Shown: one piece after another, positions 9,580 to 19,901 of the stretch
How the letters are laid out: every line of letters starts with the position of its first letter
Position numbering within the stretch: position 1 is the stretch's first letter
DNA from: Nitrospirota bacterium
GTDB taxonomy: Bacteria; Nitrospirota; UBA9217
Direction: 5' to 3'
Length of the DNA: 64,000 nt
Assembly: GCA_963740085.1 (NCBI GenBank)
Contig: CAVUCU010000005.1
Span: 256,001 to 320,000, forward strand
Program-made: the position numbers and the translations under genes
The notes under the pieces: generated by a model
Database searches by the model: none
The model's input: only the letters and a program-made list of their open reading frames with translations
What the model was told of the DNA's origin: nothing

Positions 9580-10838
9580 GTGCCGGATCCCGTTATCATC
9601 GTGCTGCGGACGAGCTCTTTTTCTGTTTCGTCGCCTTCCTGTCCCAGAAATTCATTCAGCGGTGTCGAAAATCCGAGGGAATGCATGATCTCAAGGATCC
9701 GGCGTGATTTATTTTGGAGACCCTGATCAGTGGCCTTGAGGTTTTTGATGAGTTGTCCGGAGAAATTCGTCTTCTCTATCTCTTCACAAATACTGTCTTT
9801 CGCATACCGGTCGGTACCGAGAAGGATATCGAGTAAAATGTCGAGAGAATGTACGCCGAGAACAGTCAACGCCTGCGCAGCTTCATTTCGAACCTGCCAG
9901 TCTTCGTCAAAAATCAGTTTCCCGATCGATGGCGCTGCCCCCTCATACCCCAATGCTCTGATCGACCGTATTGCCTGAAGCCTGACAAACCACACCGGAT
10001 CGCGGAGCAGGGGAACGATCGATTCCGGCAGATTGTGAACCATGCGGATATTTTCAGCCCTGCCCAGCACCTTGAGCGCTTTGCTTCTCACCTCGACATT
10101 CGTGCTCGAAAGATGCTCAATGGCCAGATGGGCCGATCGCGGGTCGGCCGGCAATCGGGAGAGGATATCCAGAATGCACGACATGACCCAGAGATTGTCC
10201 CGTCCGGCCTTGTGCTCGACCAGCAAGGGGATCGCTTCGGCTCCAAAGGTCTGCAGGGCCATTCCCATTGCCCTGCGCGTCACGATCGACCGGTCTAGAA
10301 TGACGGCCAAGCGCTCGACGATGGCCAGCATTGCCGCTCGTCCTCCTATTTTACACAGCGACCGAACGACAACGGAAACGATCTCCGGATTCTTTTCATC
10401 CAGCAGGGGAATGAGTTTCGGAACGGATGCTTCGCTTTTCATCCTGCCGAGCTTATCGATGCCCAGAGCGCGCAACTGAATATTTCTGTTCTCAATCTGT
10501 GTTTCGTAGAATGAAATATACCCGAGCGTGGATAGTTGTGTTTTTACCTCATCCCGATATCGTTCTTCATTGATCAGGTTCAGAAGAATATCCTCGATCG
10601 CCTGCCATGTGTCTGATCTCGGACGGGCAGTGAACTCGCTCTGCGTTCTCAGCATGGTTCCGGCTTCAAGAGACTCGCGTATTTTTTTGTCGAAGGTCTC
10701 TTTTAAATGGTCGAGCTTCCGGTATTTCCGTGCTTTGTATACCCTCCGGATGACACTCGTGAGAAACAGGGCGGTAATCAACAGCATCAGCGCTGCGATC
10801 GTCATCGTAACGATTAATATTATGACCTTATTCTGCAT
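9576..10838 (-). CDS. Membrane-anchored HEAT-repeat protein
   Basis: N-terminal TM helix; repeated L-x-D-x-x-W-x-VR-x-x-A HEAT motifs; ATGA-type overlap with GT2. Confidence 0.85.
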   Translation of the reverse strand: MQNKVIILIVTMTIAALMLLITALFLTSVIRRVYKARKYRKLDHLKETFDKKIRESLEAGTMLRTQSEFTARPRSDTWQAIEDILLNLINEERYRDEVKTQLSTLGYISFYETQIENRNIQLRALGIDKLGRMKSEASVPKLIPLLDEKNPEIVSVVVRSLCKIGGRAAMLAIVERLAVILDRSIVTRRAMGMALQTFGAEAIPLLVEHKAGRDNLWVMSCILDILSRLPADPRSAHLAIEHLSSTNVEVRSKALKVLGRAENIRMVHNLPESIVPLLRDPVWFVRLQAIRSIRALGYEGAAPSIGKLIFDEDWQVRNEAAQALTVLGVHSLDILLDILLGTDRYAKDSICEEIEKTNFSGQLIKNLKATDQGLQNKSRRILEIMHSLGFSTPLNEFLGQEGDETEKELVRSTMITGSGT

Positions 10839-10899
10839 TACTCACAGTGCGTCCGGTGCGTGGAATATCGGTATTGATAGCCCGCGCCCGGAATGGATG

Positions 10900-11613
10900 T
10901 CATTGCAGCGCTGGCGTAATCATGCCGTTGTCTCTGAAACTGAAATGGTCGCCATCGCCAATGATGATATGATCGAGCACCTGAATGCCGATCACCTCGC
11001 CCGCCTGGACCAGCCGCCTGGTGAGCAGGATGTCTTCCTGGCTCGGTTTGATATCTCCGCTCGGGTGGTTGTGAATGAAGATGACCGCGGCCGCAGACTC
11101 CCGGATAGCGGCCTTGAAGGTCTCACGAGGATGAACAAGGGAGGCGGAAAGGCTACCCACTGAAATTTCCTCGTCCTTGATGATCTTGCTGATCTTGTTT
11201 TTTGTGTCGAGCACCACACATTGGAAAATCTCTTTTTTCAAACCCTTCATACGCGGTTGATAGTACGCTGCGACGTCGTGACTGGAGCAGAAGGACGCGC
11301 CCGCGAGGCTCGGTTTCTGATACCGTCTCCCGATCTCGATGGCAGCCTTGATCTCGGCCGCCTTGGCTTTCCCGATCCCCGGGACCTCACAGATCTCACT
11401 GATTCCGGCCTGCTCAATGCCCGTGAGATTTTCAAACTTGACGAGCAGCTCCATGGCGAGGTCGAGGGCGGTCCTTCCCGTTTTGCCGTTCTTGATGATG
11501 ATGGCAAGTAGCTGAGCATCGGAGAGCGAAGCAGGTCCATGGGCAATGAGCCGTTCGCGGGGCCGTTCGTCCTCGGGCCAATGCTTGACGCTCCGGTTCT
11601 TTTCTTCGGGCAT
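10900..11613 (-). CDS. radC: RadC/JAB-domain protein
   Basis: ERPRERL N-terminus, HhH (VPGIGKAKA), HPRE and HNHPSG...S..D JAMM motifs. Confidence 0.92.
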   Translation of the reverse strand: MPEEKNRSVKHWPEDERPRERLIAHGPASLSDAQLLAIIIKNGKTGRTALDLAMELLVKFENLTGIEQAGISEICEVPGIGKAKAAEIKAAIEIGRRYQKPSLAGASFCSSHDVAAYYQPRMKGLKKEIFQCVVLDTKNKISKIIKDEEISVGSLSASLVHPRETFKAAIRESAAAVIFIHNHPSGDIKPSQEDILLTRRLVQAGEVIGIQVLDHIIIGDGDHFSFRDNGMITPALQ

Positions 11614-11715
11614 GGGTGACCTTCCTCTTCGCCTGAGACGTCCGCTGCCTGGCGTCCTCCTCTGAGAACGTCAGTTCAAGGATGATCCGCCATTAAAACA
11701 TTCTCTGCGCGATAA

Positions 11716-11744
11716 ATTATAGAATGGACACTGGTGACTGTCAA
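11716..11744 (-). promoter_or_regulatory. Consensus sigma70 promoter upstream of radC
   Basis: TTGACA-17 nt-TATAAT, perfect consensus. Confidence 0.8.
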
Positions 11745-11747
11745 ATG

Positions 11748-11783
11748 AAAAAGGCGGCCCTTATTCAAACCATGGCCGCCTTT
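11748..11783 (-). terminator. Intrinsic terminator after rubredoxin
   Basis: AAGGCGGCC/GGCCGCCTT stem followed by T-run on minus strand. Confidence 0.65.
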
Positions 11784-11802
11784 GCAGAAAACAGGGCTGG
11801 AC

Positions 11803-11931
11803 TTATATTTTTACAAATGCATCCTTGGGCGCATTGCAGACCGGGCATGCCCAGTCGTCCGGAAGGTCCTCGAACTTTTTACCCTCTTTCGCTTCATCGT
11901 AAATGTAACCGCATACCGTGCATCTCCACAT
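11803..11931 (-). CDS. Rubredoxin, 42 aa (absent from ORF track)
   Basis: Hand translation [42 protein letters not shown]; CxxCG and CPxC motifs; AAGGAGG RBS. Confidence 0.95.
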   Translation of the reverse strand: MWRCTVCGYIYDEAKEGKKFEDLPDDWACPVCNAPKDAFVKI

Positions 11932-11980
11932 GATAGCCTCCTTAACGTGTAGTTATCCTTTTATCCGGCACTTACTCAAC

Positions 11981-13225
11981 TTATGGTTTACACTTTACCG
12001 GCTGATTGCCGTTGAACTTTTTGTGATACTCGATCGTCTTTTCCGCAAACAATTTCCCGAACTCGAAACATTTCCTTTCGTCTTCCGGACCCGGTCGGTA
12101 GAGGACCTCAACGCCGGGCTCAACTACCTCAAGACCCATCTTCTTAAAGGCCTCGTATGCCTCCTTTACCGCGCCGCCTCCCCAGCCAAAGCTCCCGAAG
12201 GCCCCTGCAAGCCGGTTCTTGGGGCGGAGCCCCCTGAGATGCGTCAGAAACTCGGCGACGGACGGAAACATGATGTTGTTCAGCGTCGGCGTGCCCACCA
12301 GCATGGCCCGTGATTCCCAGATACTTTTGATCGCTATGCTCATGGGGGTGGACCGAAGCTTGACCACATCCACATCGACGCCCGCGGACTTGACCCCCTC
12401 CATAAGCGGGATGGTCATGCGTTCGGTGCTGTGCCACATGGTATCGTAGACGATCACGACGCGGAGGTCCGCCTTATCGTTCGCCATATCAAGGTACATC
12501 TGAATGATCTTGCCGGGGTCCTTCTTCCAGATGATCCCGTGATCGGGAGCGATCATGTCGATAACGAGGCCGAGCTTCTGAACCTCGGCGAGCTTTGCCT
12601 TGATGAGCGCGCCGAACGGCATCAGGATGTTCGCATAATAGTCTCGTACCGCGTGCTCAAGCGCGGTGACCGAATACTGGTCACAGAACTCGTCGTCGAA
12701 CCGCGCCGATGTGGCAAGGTGCTGCCCGAAGGCGTCCTGGCTGATAAGAAGCTTGTCTTCCTTCACGTAGCTCATCATCGAATCCGGCCAGTGGAGCATC
12801 GGCGTTTCGAGGAAGGTGATGGTCTTGGTGCCTGTATTGAGCGTGTCGCCGGTCTTGACGATCCTGAACTGCCATTTCGAGGTGTCGAAGAACCGGTCGA
12901 GACCCTTTTTCCCCCGCGCAGTGATATGGATCAAGGCCTTCGGCGTAAGCTCCATGATCCGGTCGAGGCTCGACATATGGTCGTTCTCGATATGGTTGAT
13001 CACGATGTTCTCGATCTTCGCGGGGTCAACTAGGCCCCTTATGTTGTCGATCGTGTATTCCCAGAAATCATGCTTCACCGTATCGACCAGCGTCACCTGC
13101 TTGTCAAGGATCAGATAGTTATTGTAAGACGTGCCGTGAGGTGTTACATAACCGTGAAAATCCCGCACCGCCCAGTCTATTGCTCCCACCCAGTAGATAC
13201 CCGGTTTTATCTCTACAGCTCCCAT
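11981..13225 (-). CDS. fprA: Flavodiiron protein (FprA/Roo, O2/NO reductase)
   Basis: HIENDH, HWPD, QDAFG, PDHG diiron ligands plus flavodoxin domain; AAGGAGGT RBS before ATG 13225. Confidence 0.92.
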   Translation of the reverse strand: MGAVEIKPGIYWVGAIDWAVRDFHGYVTPHGTSYNNYLILDKQVTLVDTVKHDFWEYTIDNIRGLVDPAKIENIVINHIENDHMSSLDRIMELTPKALIHITARGKKGLDRFFDTSKWQFRIVKTGDTLNTGTKTITFLETPMLHWPDSMMSYVKEDKLLISQDAFGQHLATSARFDDEFCDQYSVTALEHAVRDYYANILMPFGALIKAKLAEVQKLGLVIDMIAPDHGIIWKKDPGKIIQMYLDMANDKADLRVVIVYDTMWHSTERMTIPLMEGVKSAGVDVDVVKLRSTPMSIAIKSIWESRAMLVGTPTLNNIMFPSVAEFLTHLRGLRPKNRLAGAFGSFGWGGGAVKEAYEAFKKMGLEVVEPGVEVLYRPGPEDERKCFEFGKLFAEKTIEYHKKFNGNQPVKCKP

Positions 13226-13262
13226 GAAAACCTCCTTATAACTACCGCCGTCCAATACCGCA

Positions 13263-13350
13263 TGTCATCCCAAAGCAGTTCTATCGGGGAGATGATGTTT
13301 ATTGGTATTTCCAGAAACCGGATTCCCGGCGAGAATATTCGGGAATGACA
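13263..13350. repeat. Short palindromic element (GTCATTCCC...GGGAATGAC type), degenerate
   Basis: TGTCATCCC at the left end, GGGAATGACA at the right end, internal GGATTCCC. Confidence 0.55.
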
Positions 13351-13399
13351 ATTTCGAGGCGGAGTAATGACCTATCAATAGCGCATCCCGGGAAGGTGC

Positions 13400-13801
13400 T
13401 CAGGAAAGCTTCCCCTTCTTTTTACATCGGGAACAATGACCGTAAAACTCGACGTGATTCCCGAGAAGAGTAAAATCCTGCGTCAGTTCTCCCGGCAGAT
13501 TGACGTTAATCCCCTCGGGAATATCCACGATCTTACCACACAGGACACAAATGAGATGGTGATGGCGGGTCGTGTCCGGGTCGTAGCGCTTTCTTTCGGG
13601 ATCAATGGTGAGTTCCCGCAAGGTGCCTGCCTTCGCGAGCATATTGAGCGTATTGTAGACCGTCGCAAACGACATGGACCGGTATTTTTTCGACACCGCC
13701 CTGTAGATATCCTCCGCCGAGGGGTGGGCGGTGTTCCCCTCCAGATAGTCGAGAATAGCTAGCCGTTGCGGGGTGCGCTTCCATGTTGTTCTTATGCTCA
13801 T
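13400..13801 (-). CDS. perR: Fur-family regulator, PerR-like
   Basis: HPSAEDIY, ATVYNTL, HHHLICxxCGKIVD (Asp as in PerR), C-terminal CxxC; upstream of fprA and rubredoxin. Confidence 0.75.
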   Translation of the reverse strand: MSIRTTWKRTPQRLAILDYLEGNTAHPSAEDIYRAVSKKYRSMSFATVYNTLNMLAKAGTLRELTIDPERKRYDPDTTRHHHLICVLCGKIVDIPEGINVNLPGELTQDFTLLGNHVEFYGHCSRCKKKGKLS

Positions 13802-13819
13802 TCTTTGCCTTCATAGGGT

Positions 13820-13861
13820 AAGAGTTACGATTATAATAAAGTACGGGGCCTGTGCTGTCAA
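13820..13861 (-). promoter_or_regulatory. sigma70 promoter of perR with overlapping Per/Fur-box-like AT-rich site
   Basis: TTGACA-17-TATTAT; imperfect dyad TATTATAATCGTAACTCTT over the -10. Confidence 0.6.
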
Positions 13862-13928
13862 GAAATTTCACAGGGAGAGGACATGACCGTGGCCTGGCGG
13901 TTGTTAGCGGTTGTCCGTTGTCGCACGG

Positions 13929-13962
13929 AAAACAAACAGGCCCGCTCTCGAACGGGCCTGTT
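13929..13962 (-). terminator. Intrinsic terminator downstream of che genes
   Basis: AACAGGCCCG/CGGGCCTGTT stem, then TGTTTT on minus strand. Confidence 0.65.
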
Positions 13963-14237
13963 GAAGACGGTTCAGCCGAGAAAGCGGAATTATCTCCAAA
14001 GGACACAGGGACCAAAGAGAAAAATCAGGAAGAGGTTAAAATACCTTTTGATAACGGCCCGTTCCGAGCTTCAAGGCTTGTCAGGGTTGGGCTTAAGCGG
14101 GTGATGTGTCCGTGATATTCCTGTCCATCCATGGCCAACTATCGTTTTGAGATTCTCGCGCAATACGATCATCATGGCACCTGTGCTCCGGTTTATCTCA
14201 GACGCCTGCACATTCGCCATTACGGCGCAATCATGTC

Positions 14238-14400
14238 TTACTGTCGATAACTGCGGAGCCGCTCGGCCTGGGACGACAGTTCTTCCGCTGTGGAGACCAT
14301 CTCCTCGGCGCCGCCCGCGTTCTGCTGCACCACATGGTTCACTGCTGGATTGCGCCGTTGATCTTGTCGGATCTCTTCGTCTGTTCCTTCGATGCCGTAC
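14238..14400 (-). pseudogene. Remnant of an MCP C-terminus
   Basis: [24 protein letters not shown] resembles the end of MCP 17243..18922; frameshifted upstream. Confidence 0.75.
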
Positions 14401-14459
14401 TGATCTCCGGTATCGGGCAAAGTGAATGGGACTGTCGGCATAAGCGCGGCCCGGCGACG

Positions 14460-15581
<1,122 letters not shown>

Positions 15582-15613
15582 TCACCCCTCGCGATCCGCT
15601 CCTCGCAGGCTTG

Positions 15614-15736
15614 TTACCACGTGATGTCCGGGTCGTTCACTTTCGTCAGCCACTTCAGAAATACATCGCCGGTATCCATATAAAAAAGGACCTTGCGACC
15701 GCGCATACCGCCGACGTCGGATACCTTCAGATTCAC
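15614..15736 (-). pseudogene. C-terminal remnant of a second cheD
   Basis: SDVGGMRGRKVLFYMDTGDVFLK matches the CheD C-terminus (compare DVGGTTGRKLFFNTHTGEVLLK of the intact copy); N-terminal part missing. Confidence 0.7.
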
Positions 15737-16602
15737 GGCAGATTTCTGTAAATGGTGGACGCGATCCGGATGAGCGGAAGGTCGAATCCGTGCACGGTCT
15801 CCGAATGTCCCAGAAAAAGATGTCCGTCCCTTTTCAGATAGTGGCAAAATCTTCCGAGGAGTTTGCTTTGCGTCTCCCGCTCGAAATAGATCATCACGTT
15901 CCGGCAAAAGATCGCGTCCAGCGACGCCTCGGGCACAGGAAAGCGCTGATCCATGAGATTAAGGCGCTGGAACCGGACGAGCGAGCGCAGCGCGGGCACC
16001 ACCCGTACGAGCTTCTTGTCCCGATCCTTGCTCCGCGTGAAATATTTTTGCTTCAGCGTGTACGGGATCATCGCGATCTGGTCCTCGTCATAGATGCCGT
16101 TTCGCGCCTTGTCCAGGACCTTCGTGGAGATGTCCGTGGCCATGATCGTGAACTGAAAGCCGGGATTTCGCGCGGCAAATTCGCTCAGCACGATGGCGAG
16201 CGTATACGGTTCCTCCCCTGAGGAACATCCCGCGCTCCAGACCGTAAACTGCTGAGTGCCCGTTGCTCGCTGATGATGGACAAACTCAGGCAGCACGGTC
16301 TCACTGAGATAGGAATAATGCGCGGGCTCCCGAAAAAAATCCGTCTTGTTCGTGGTCACAGCGTCGATCATGTGCACGAGCTCGCTCATCCCATGCGGGT
16401 TCTCGAACAAATAATCGCAGTATTCACGGAATGACCGCGTGCCGAGTGTCCTGATCCGTTTCTGGAGCCGCGACTCAAGCAAGGTCTTCTTCGCCGGCGG
16501 CATCTTGATGCCGCAATGTTCGCTGATGAACTGGCTCAGGCGGTCAAAATCGCTGTTGGACAGCACTTTTATGCCTTCGCTGTATGTTTTGCTCTCGCCC
16601 AT
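15733..16602 (-). CDS. cheR: Chemotaxis methyltransferase CheR
   Basis: TTNKTDFFRE, WSAGCSSGEEPY, ATDIS, FCRNVMIYF, GHSE motifs. Confidence 0.95.
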   Translation of the reverse strand: MGESKTYSEGIKVLSNSDFDRLSQFISEHCGIKMPPAKKTLLESRLQKRIRTLGTRSFREYCDYLFENPHGMSELVHMIDAVTTNKTDFFREPAHYSYLSETVLPEFVHHQRATGTQQFTVWSAGCSSGEEPYTLAIVLSEFAARNPGFQFTIMATDISTKVLDKARNGIYDEDQIAMIPYTLKQKYFTRSKDRDKKLVRVVPALRSLVRFQRLNLMDQRFPVPEASLDAIFCRNVMIYFERETQSKLLGRFCHYLKRDGHLFLGHSETVHGFDLPLIRIASTIYRNLP

Positions 16603-16695
16603 AGTATGATTACTTTCAGGAATCAGAAAAGCGTGGACAGGGGAACAGGGCACGGTGCCTGTAATGCTCATCAGATGTCACACCGCGATTACTGA

Positions 16696-17196
16696 TTACT
16701 GCCCAATGCCTGCCGGCGTCTCAACCTGCGCCTGCGCAAGTTCGCTCACGGAGAAAACCTTGTCGATGTCCAGGATGAGGATAAACCGATCGTTCTGCTT
16801 GCCCATCCCCTTGATGAACTCCGTGTTAAGCTTCGTCCCGATCTTCGGCGCGGGCTCGATGTGCTCCGCACCGAGGTCTAGCACCTCCTGCACGGAGTCC
16901 GCAAGCGCGCCCAGCACCGTCGTCTCCCCGTCCACCGCTACCTCGACGATGATGATGCAGGTGTTCACCGTCTTCTCGGTCTTGTTCATTCCGAACTTGA
17001 GCCGCAGGTCCACCACCGGCACCACGCTGCCTCGAAGGTTGATGACGCCGCGCATGAACTCCGGCGTGCGAGGCACTTTGGTGATAGAGGTAAAATCGAG
17101 CACCTCCCGCACCTTCGTGATATCGAGGGCGAAGACCTCGTGGTCAAGTTCAAATGTCAGATATTGTGTCATCTCTTGTACAGCTTCCCCATTCAT
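16696..17196 (-). CDS. cheW: Chemotaxis adaptor CheW
   Basis: QYLTF, GVINLRGSVVPVVDL motifs; GGAGG RBS. Confidence 0.95.
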   Translation of the reverse strand: MNGEAVQEMTQYLTFELDHEVFALDITKVREVLDFTSITKVPRTPEFMRGVINLRGSVVPVVDLRLKFGMNKTEKTVNTCIIIVEVAVDGETTVLGALADSVQEVLDLGAEHIEPAPKIGTKLNTEFIKGMGKQNDRFILILDIDKVFSVSELAQAQVETPAGIGQ

Positions 17197-17242
17197 GATT
17201 TCCTCCAGCCTGTGATGGTTCATCAGTCGTCTGTCCTCTGCC

Positions 17243-18922
17243 TTAAAACCGTTCGAACTCCGCGTCTCTGCTATCACCATCTCCATTGCCGTTGCTGTTA
17301 CCTGCCATGCTCAGGGCTACGCCTTTATGCGTCGAGAGTATCGCCTTCTTGGATATGTGTCCGCCCTGGCCGATGGGGGCGATCCGGCCGGGCTTCTTTG
17401 GAGACAGCGCCGTCCTTCGCGTTGCCTGTCCCTCTGTACTGCCAATCTTGAAGAACGCGATGGTGCTCTGGAGCTGCTCGGCCTGGGACGACAGCTCTTC
17501 CGCCGTGGAAGACATTTCCTCGGCAGAACCGGCGTTCTGCTGGATCACCTGATTGAGCTGCTGGATCGCGCTGTTGATCTGATCCGCGCCTGAGGTCTGC
17601 TCCTTGGAGGCAGCGCTGATCTCCTGAACGAGTTCCGACGTCTTGTGGATATCCGGCACGAGTTTGGCCAGCATTTGGCCGGCTTTCTCGGCAACTTCGA
17701 CGCTCGAAGCCGACAGATGACCGATCTCTCCTGCCGCGGTCTGGCTCCGCTCCGCGAGCTTACGCACTTCCGATGCCACGACCGCGAATCCTTTGCCGTG
17801 CTCGCCTGCCCGCGCCGCCTCGATGGCCGCGTTCAGGGCTAAGAGATTTGTCTGCCGCGCGATCTCTTCGATGATCGAGATCTTCTTCGCGATGTCCTTC
17901 ATGGCGCTTACGGTCTCGCTCACGGCCTTGCCGCTCTCCATGGCATCCGACGCTGACTTGAGTGCGATCTTCTCGGTCTGCATGGCATTGTCCGCGTTCT
18001 GTTTGATCGTGGCGTTCATTTCCTCAACCGAAGACGATGCCTCCTCGGCGGAGGCCGCCTGCTCTGTGGTCCCCTGGGACATCTGCTCGGACCCGGCGGA
18101 AAGCTGCTGGCTGCCTGAGGCCACATTGTCGATTGCGGCCCTTACCTCTGTCACTACTTCCTTTAACTTCATTACCATCGAATTGAGCGCACCGGAAAGT
18201 CGACCGATCTCGTCTTTGCCCTCATGGTCTATGGTTACTTCGAGGTTTCCACTGGCTATCTCTCCTGCTTTTTTGGTTAATACGGATAAAGGCATAAGTG
18301 TCGCTCTGACTATTATCACCACAGCCCCAGTCAACAAAAGCATTCCAACTGCCCCTACCACGAGAAGAAAGGTCCTCAATGATCTGGACTTGCCCAGTAA
18401 CTCGCCTAAAGGCATTTTAATGCTTATGGCACCGATGACTGTTCCCTCTTTTACTTTGTGACAGCTAAGACAGCTTCTACCCATAAAATTTGCCATCCCT
18501 ATATATGGATAGACGCCCCGGATATATTCACCTTCAAGCACAACCTTCTCTTTGCCTTTTTCTATGACCTCCTTTTCAATAGCATCTTTTGGATAGTCAT
18601 CAGGAGTACCCTTTCCAAAGTCTTTATCAAGGGCTTCCGCCCGAATTACCCTGAGGTCAATTATATGACCCATCTGTTCGAAAAATGGAGCCTTGGCCTC
18701 TTTGAAATTGCCAGTGATCATCATGGTGGTTAAGGCATTCAGCACCGTGTCCCGATAACCATTGAGCGCTGTCGTTTTCGCTCCGTCAATCACAATCTCC
18801 GTTGACTTATCGCCGGCAACCAAAGCCATGAGTAATATCCCGACAGTTACAATTATGATGATTGGGATTGCTACCTTCCACCTTACCGACATGTCTTTGA
18901 TTTTCATTGATCTGTTCATCAT
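17243..18922 (-). CDS. Methyl-accepting chemotaxis protein with periplasmic CxxCH (c-heme) sensor and HAMP domain
   Basis: Two TM helices flanking CLSCH; DEIG HAMP; [27 protein letters not shown]. Confidence 0.92.
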   Translation of the reverse strand: MMNRSMKIKDMSVRWKVAIPIIIIVTVGILLMALVAGDKSTEIVIDGAKTTALNGYRDTVLNALTTMMITGNFKEAKAPFFEQMGHIIDLRVIRAEALDKDFGKGTPDDYPKDAIEKEVIEKGKEKVVLEGEYIRGVYPYIGMANFMGRSCLSCHKVKEGTVIGAISIKMPLGELLGKSRSLRTFLLVVGAVGMLLLTGAVVIIVRATLMPLSVLTKKAGEIASGNLEVTIDHEGKDEIGRLSGALNSMVMKLKEVVTEVRAAIDNVASGSQQLSAGSEQMSQGTTEQAASAEEASSSVEEMNATIKQNADNAMQTEKIALKSASDAMESGKAVSETVSAMKDIAKKISIIEEIARQTNLLALNAAIEAARAGEHGKGFAVVASEVRKLAERSQTAAGEIGHLSASSVEVAEKAGQMLAKLVPDIHKTSELVQEISAASKEQTSGADQINSAIQQLNQVIQQNAGSAEEMSSTAEELSSQAEQLQSTIAFFKIGSTEGQATRRTALSPKKPGRIAPIGQGGHISKKAILSTHKGVALSMAGNSNGNGDGDSRDAEFERF

Positions 18923-19043
18923 TTCGCTCTCCTTTTTCGTCGTGCATTACTCATTTTATATTTTAAGATCAGGGCTGCTCTTGCTCGATTTCCTTGATCT
19001 CCCCAACTATCCAAACTGAATGCCTCAGAACTAGCTGAACTTA

Positions 19044-19060
19044 TGCAAGCGCGATGCCAA
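19044..19060 (-). promoter_or_regulatory. sigma54 (-24/-12) promoter for mcp-cheW-cheR-cheB
   Basis: TTGGCATCGCGCTTGCA: GG-N10-GC. Confidence 0.8.
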
Positions 19061-19113
19061 CTCAAAATCTCCAGTATTTCAGCGCATTATCGCATCGAAA
19101 GCCCTTCATTGCA

Positions 19114-19147
19114 AGACAACCTGTCTCCAGGTAAGGACAATCTATCC
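19114..19147. promoter_or_regulatory. Putative enhancer: tandem GACA-N3-TGTC-like palindromes
   Basis: AGACAACCTGTCT and GGACAATCTATCC, 21 bp apart; same layout at 25471..25504. Confidence 0.6.
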
Positions 19148-19451
19148 GAGGGCAAAGCGCTGTGGAATTGCAGCACGGGTCGTATCGTCAAAGGCACAGC
19201 AATTCAATCCTGCGAGCGGAAATACCCTGCATGCATACAAAAGGGCCGACTCCCCCTTCCCTTGCGCCATCGGGAACTCAGCGATTCTATCGGATCTCTC
19301 GCTGACGCGCCTCACACACTCTCCCGAACATCGGCTGTCGCAGGTGGCTCTGCCGCCATGCGGTTTTGCCGTTATTCGGACATTCGGATATCGGCACTCC
19401 GACGGACGTTGTGTCCGGAAGCAACCTCGGAGTCTTCGGGCATGCCGGTTG

Positions 19452-19826
19452 TTACCGCGAGTCGGCAAAAAGCGCTTCGATGAGCGCATGGAAGTCACTC
19501 GGCTGAACGGGTTTCGTCACATACCCGCGTGCGCCGAGGGCAATTCCCCGATTCGTATCTTCTTCCCTTCCTTCGGTGCTCGAAATAACGATCGGAATGT
19601 GCTCGTACGTTCCGAGTTCTTTTACCTTTTTGATGAACTCGATGCCGCCCATCACCGGCATATTGATATCGAGCAGTATCAGGTCGATATCGGGGTGCTG
19701 AGCAAGCTTGTCCAGGCCAATCTGGCCGTTCTGCGCAATCACCATGGCGCATTTGTATCGCATCAGCACCATCTTGTACATTTGATGGATCAACGCAGAA
19801 TCGTCAACAATCAAAACCTTTTTCAT
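19452..19826 (-). CDS. Single-domain response regulator (CheY-like)
   Basis: VLIVDD, LLDINMP, ST, YVTKP motifs. Confidence 0.9.
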   Translation of the reverse strand: MKKVLIVDDSALIHQMYKMVLMRYKCAMVIAQNGQIGLDKLAQHPDIDLILLDINMPVMGGIEFIKKVKELGTYEHIPIVISSTEGREEDTNRGIALGARGYVTKPVQPSDFHALIEALFADSR

Positions 19827-19901
19827 AATATGCCCTCCTCAAGATAGCTCGTTTCCCGGGGAAGAGAACGCTGTTCGCTCTTCTGCCCCGGTGAACCGGA
19901 T

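Noticed and set aside
10900-11613. radC as a marker of a mobile or anti-defence element
   Set aside because: Full-length chromosomal type with N-terminal and HhH parts; no integrase or att-like repeats nearby.
11615-11700. radC leader with CTCAGG resembling a glycine riboswitch
   Set aside because: Lacks the GGAGA and CCGAAG core elements; gene context does not fit.
19043-19498. ORFs of 118-146 aa in the mcp upstream region
   Set aside because: No recognisable protein features; the region is better explained as sigma54 promoter and enhancer DNA.
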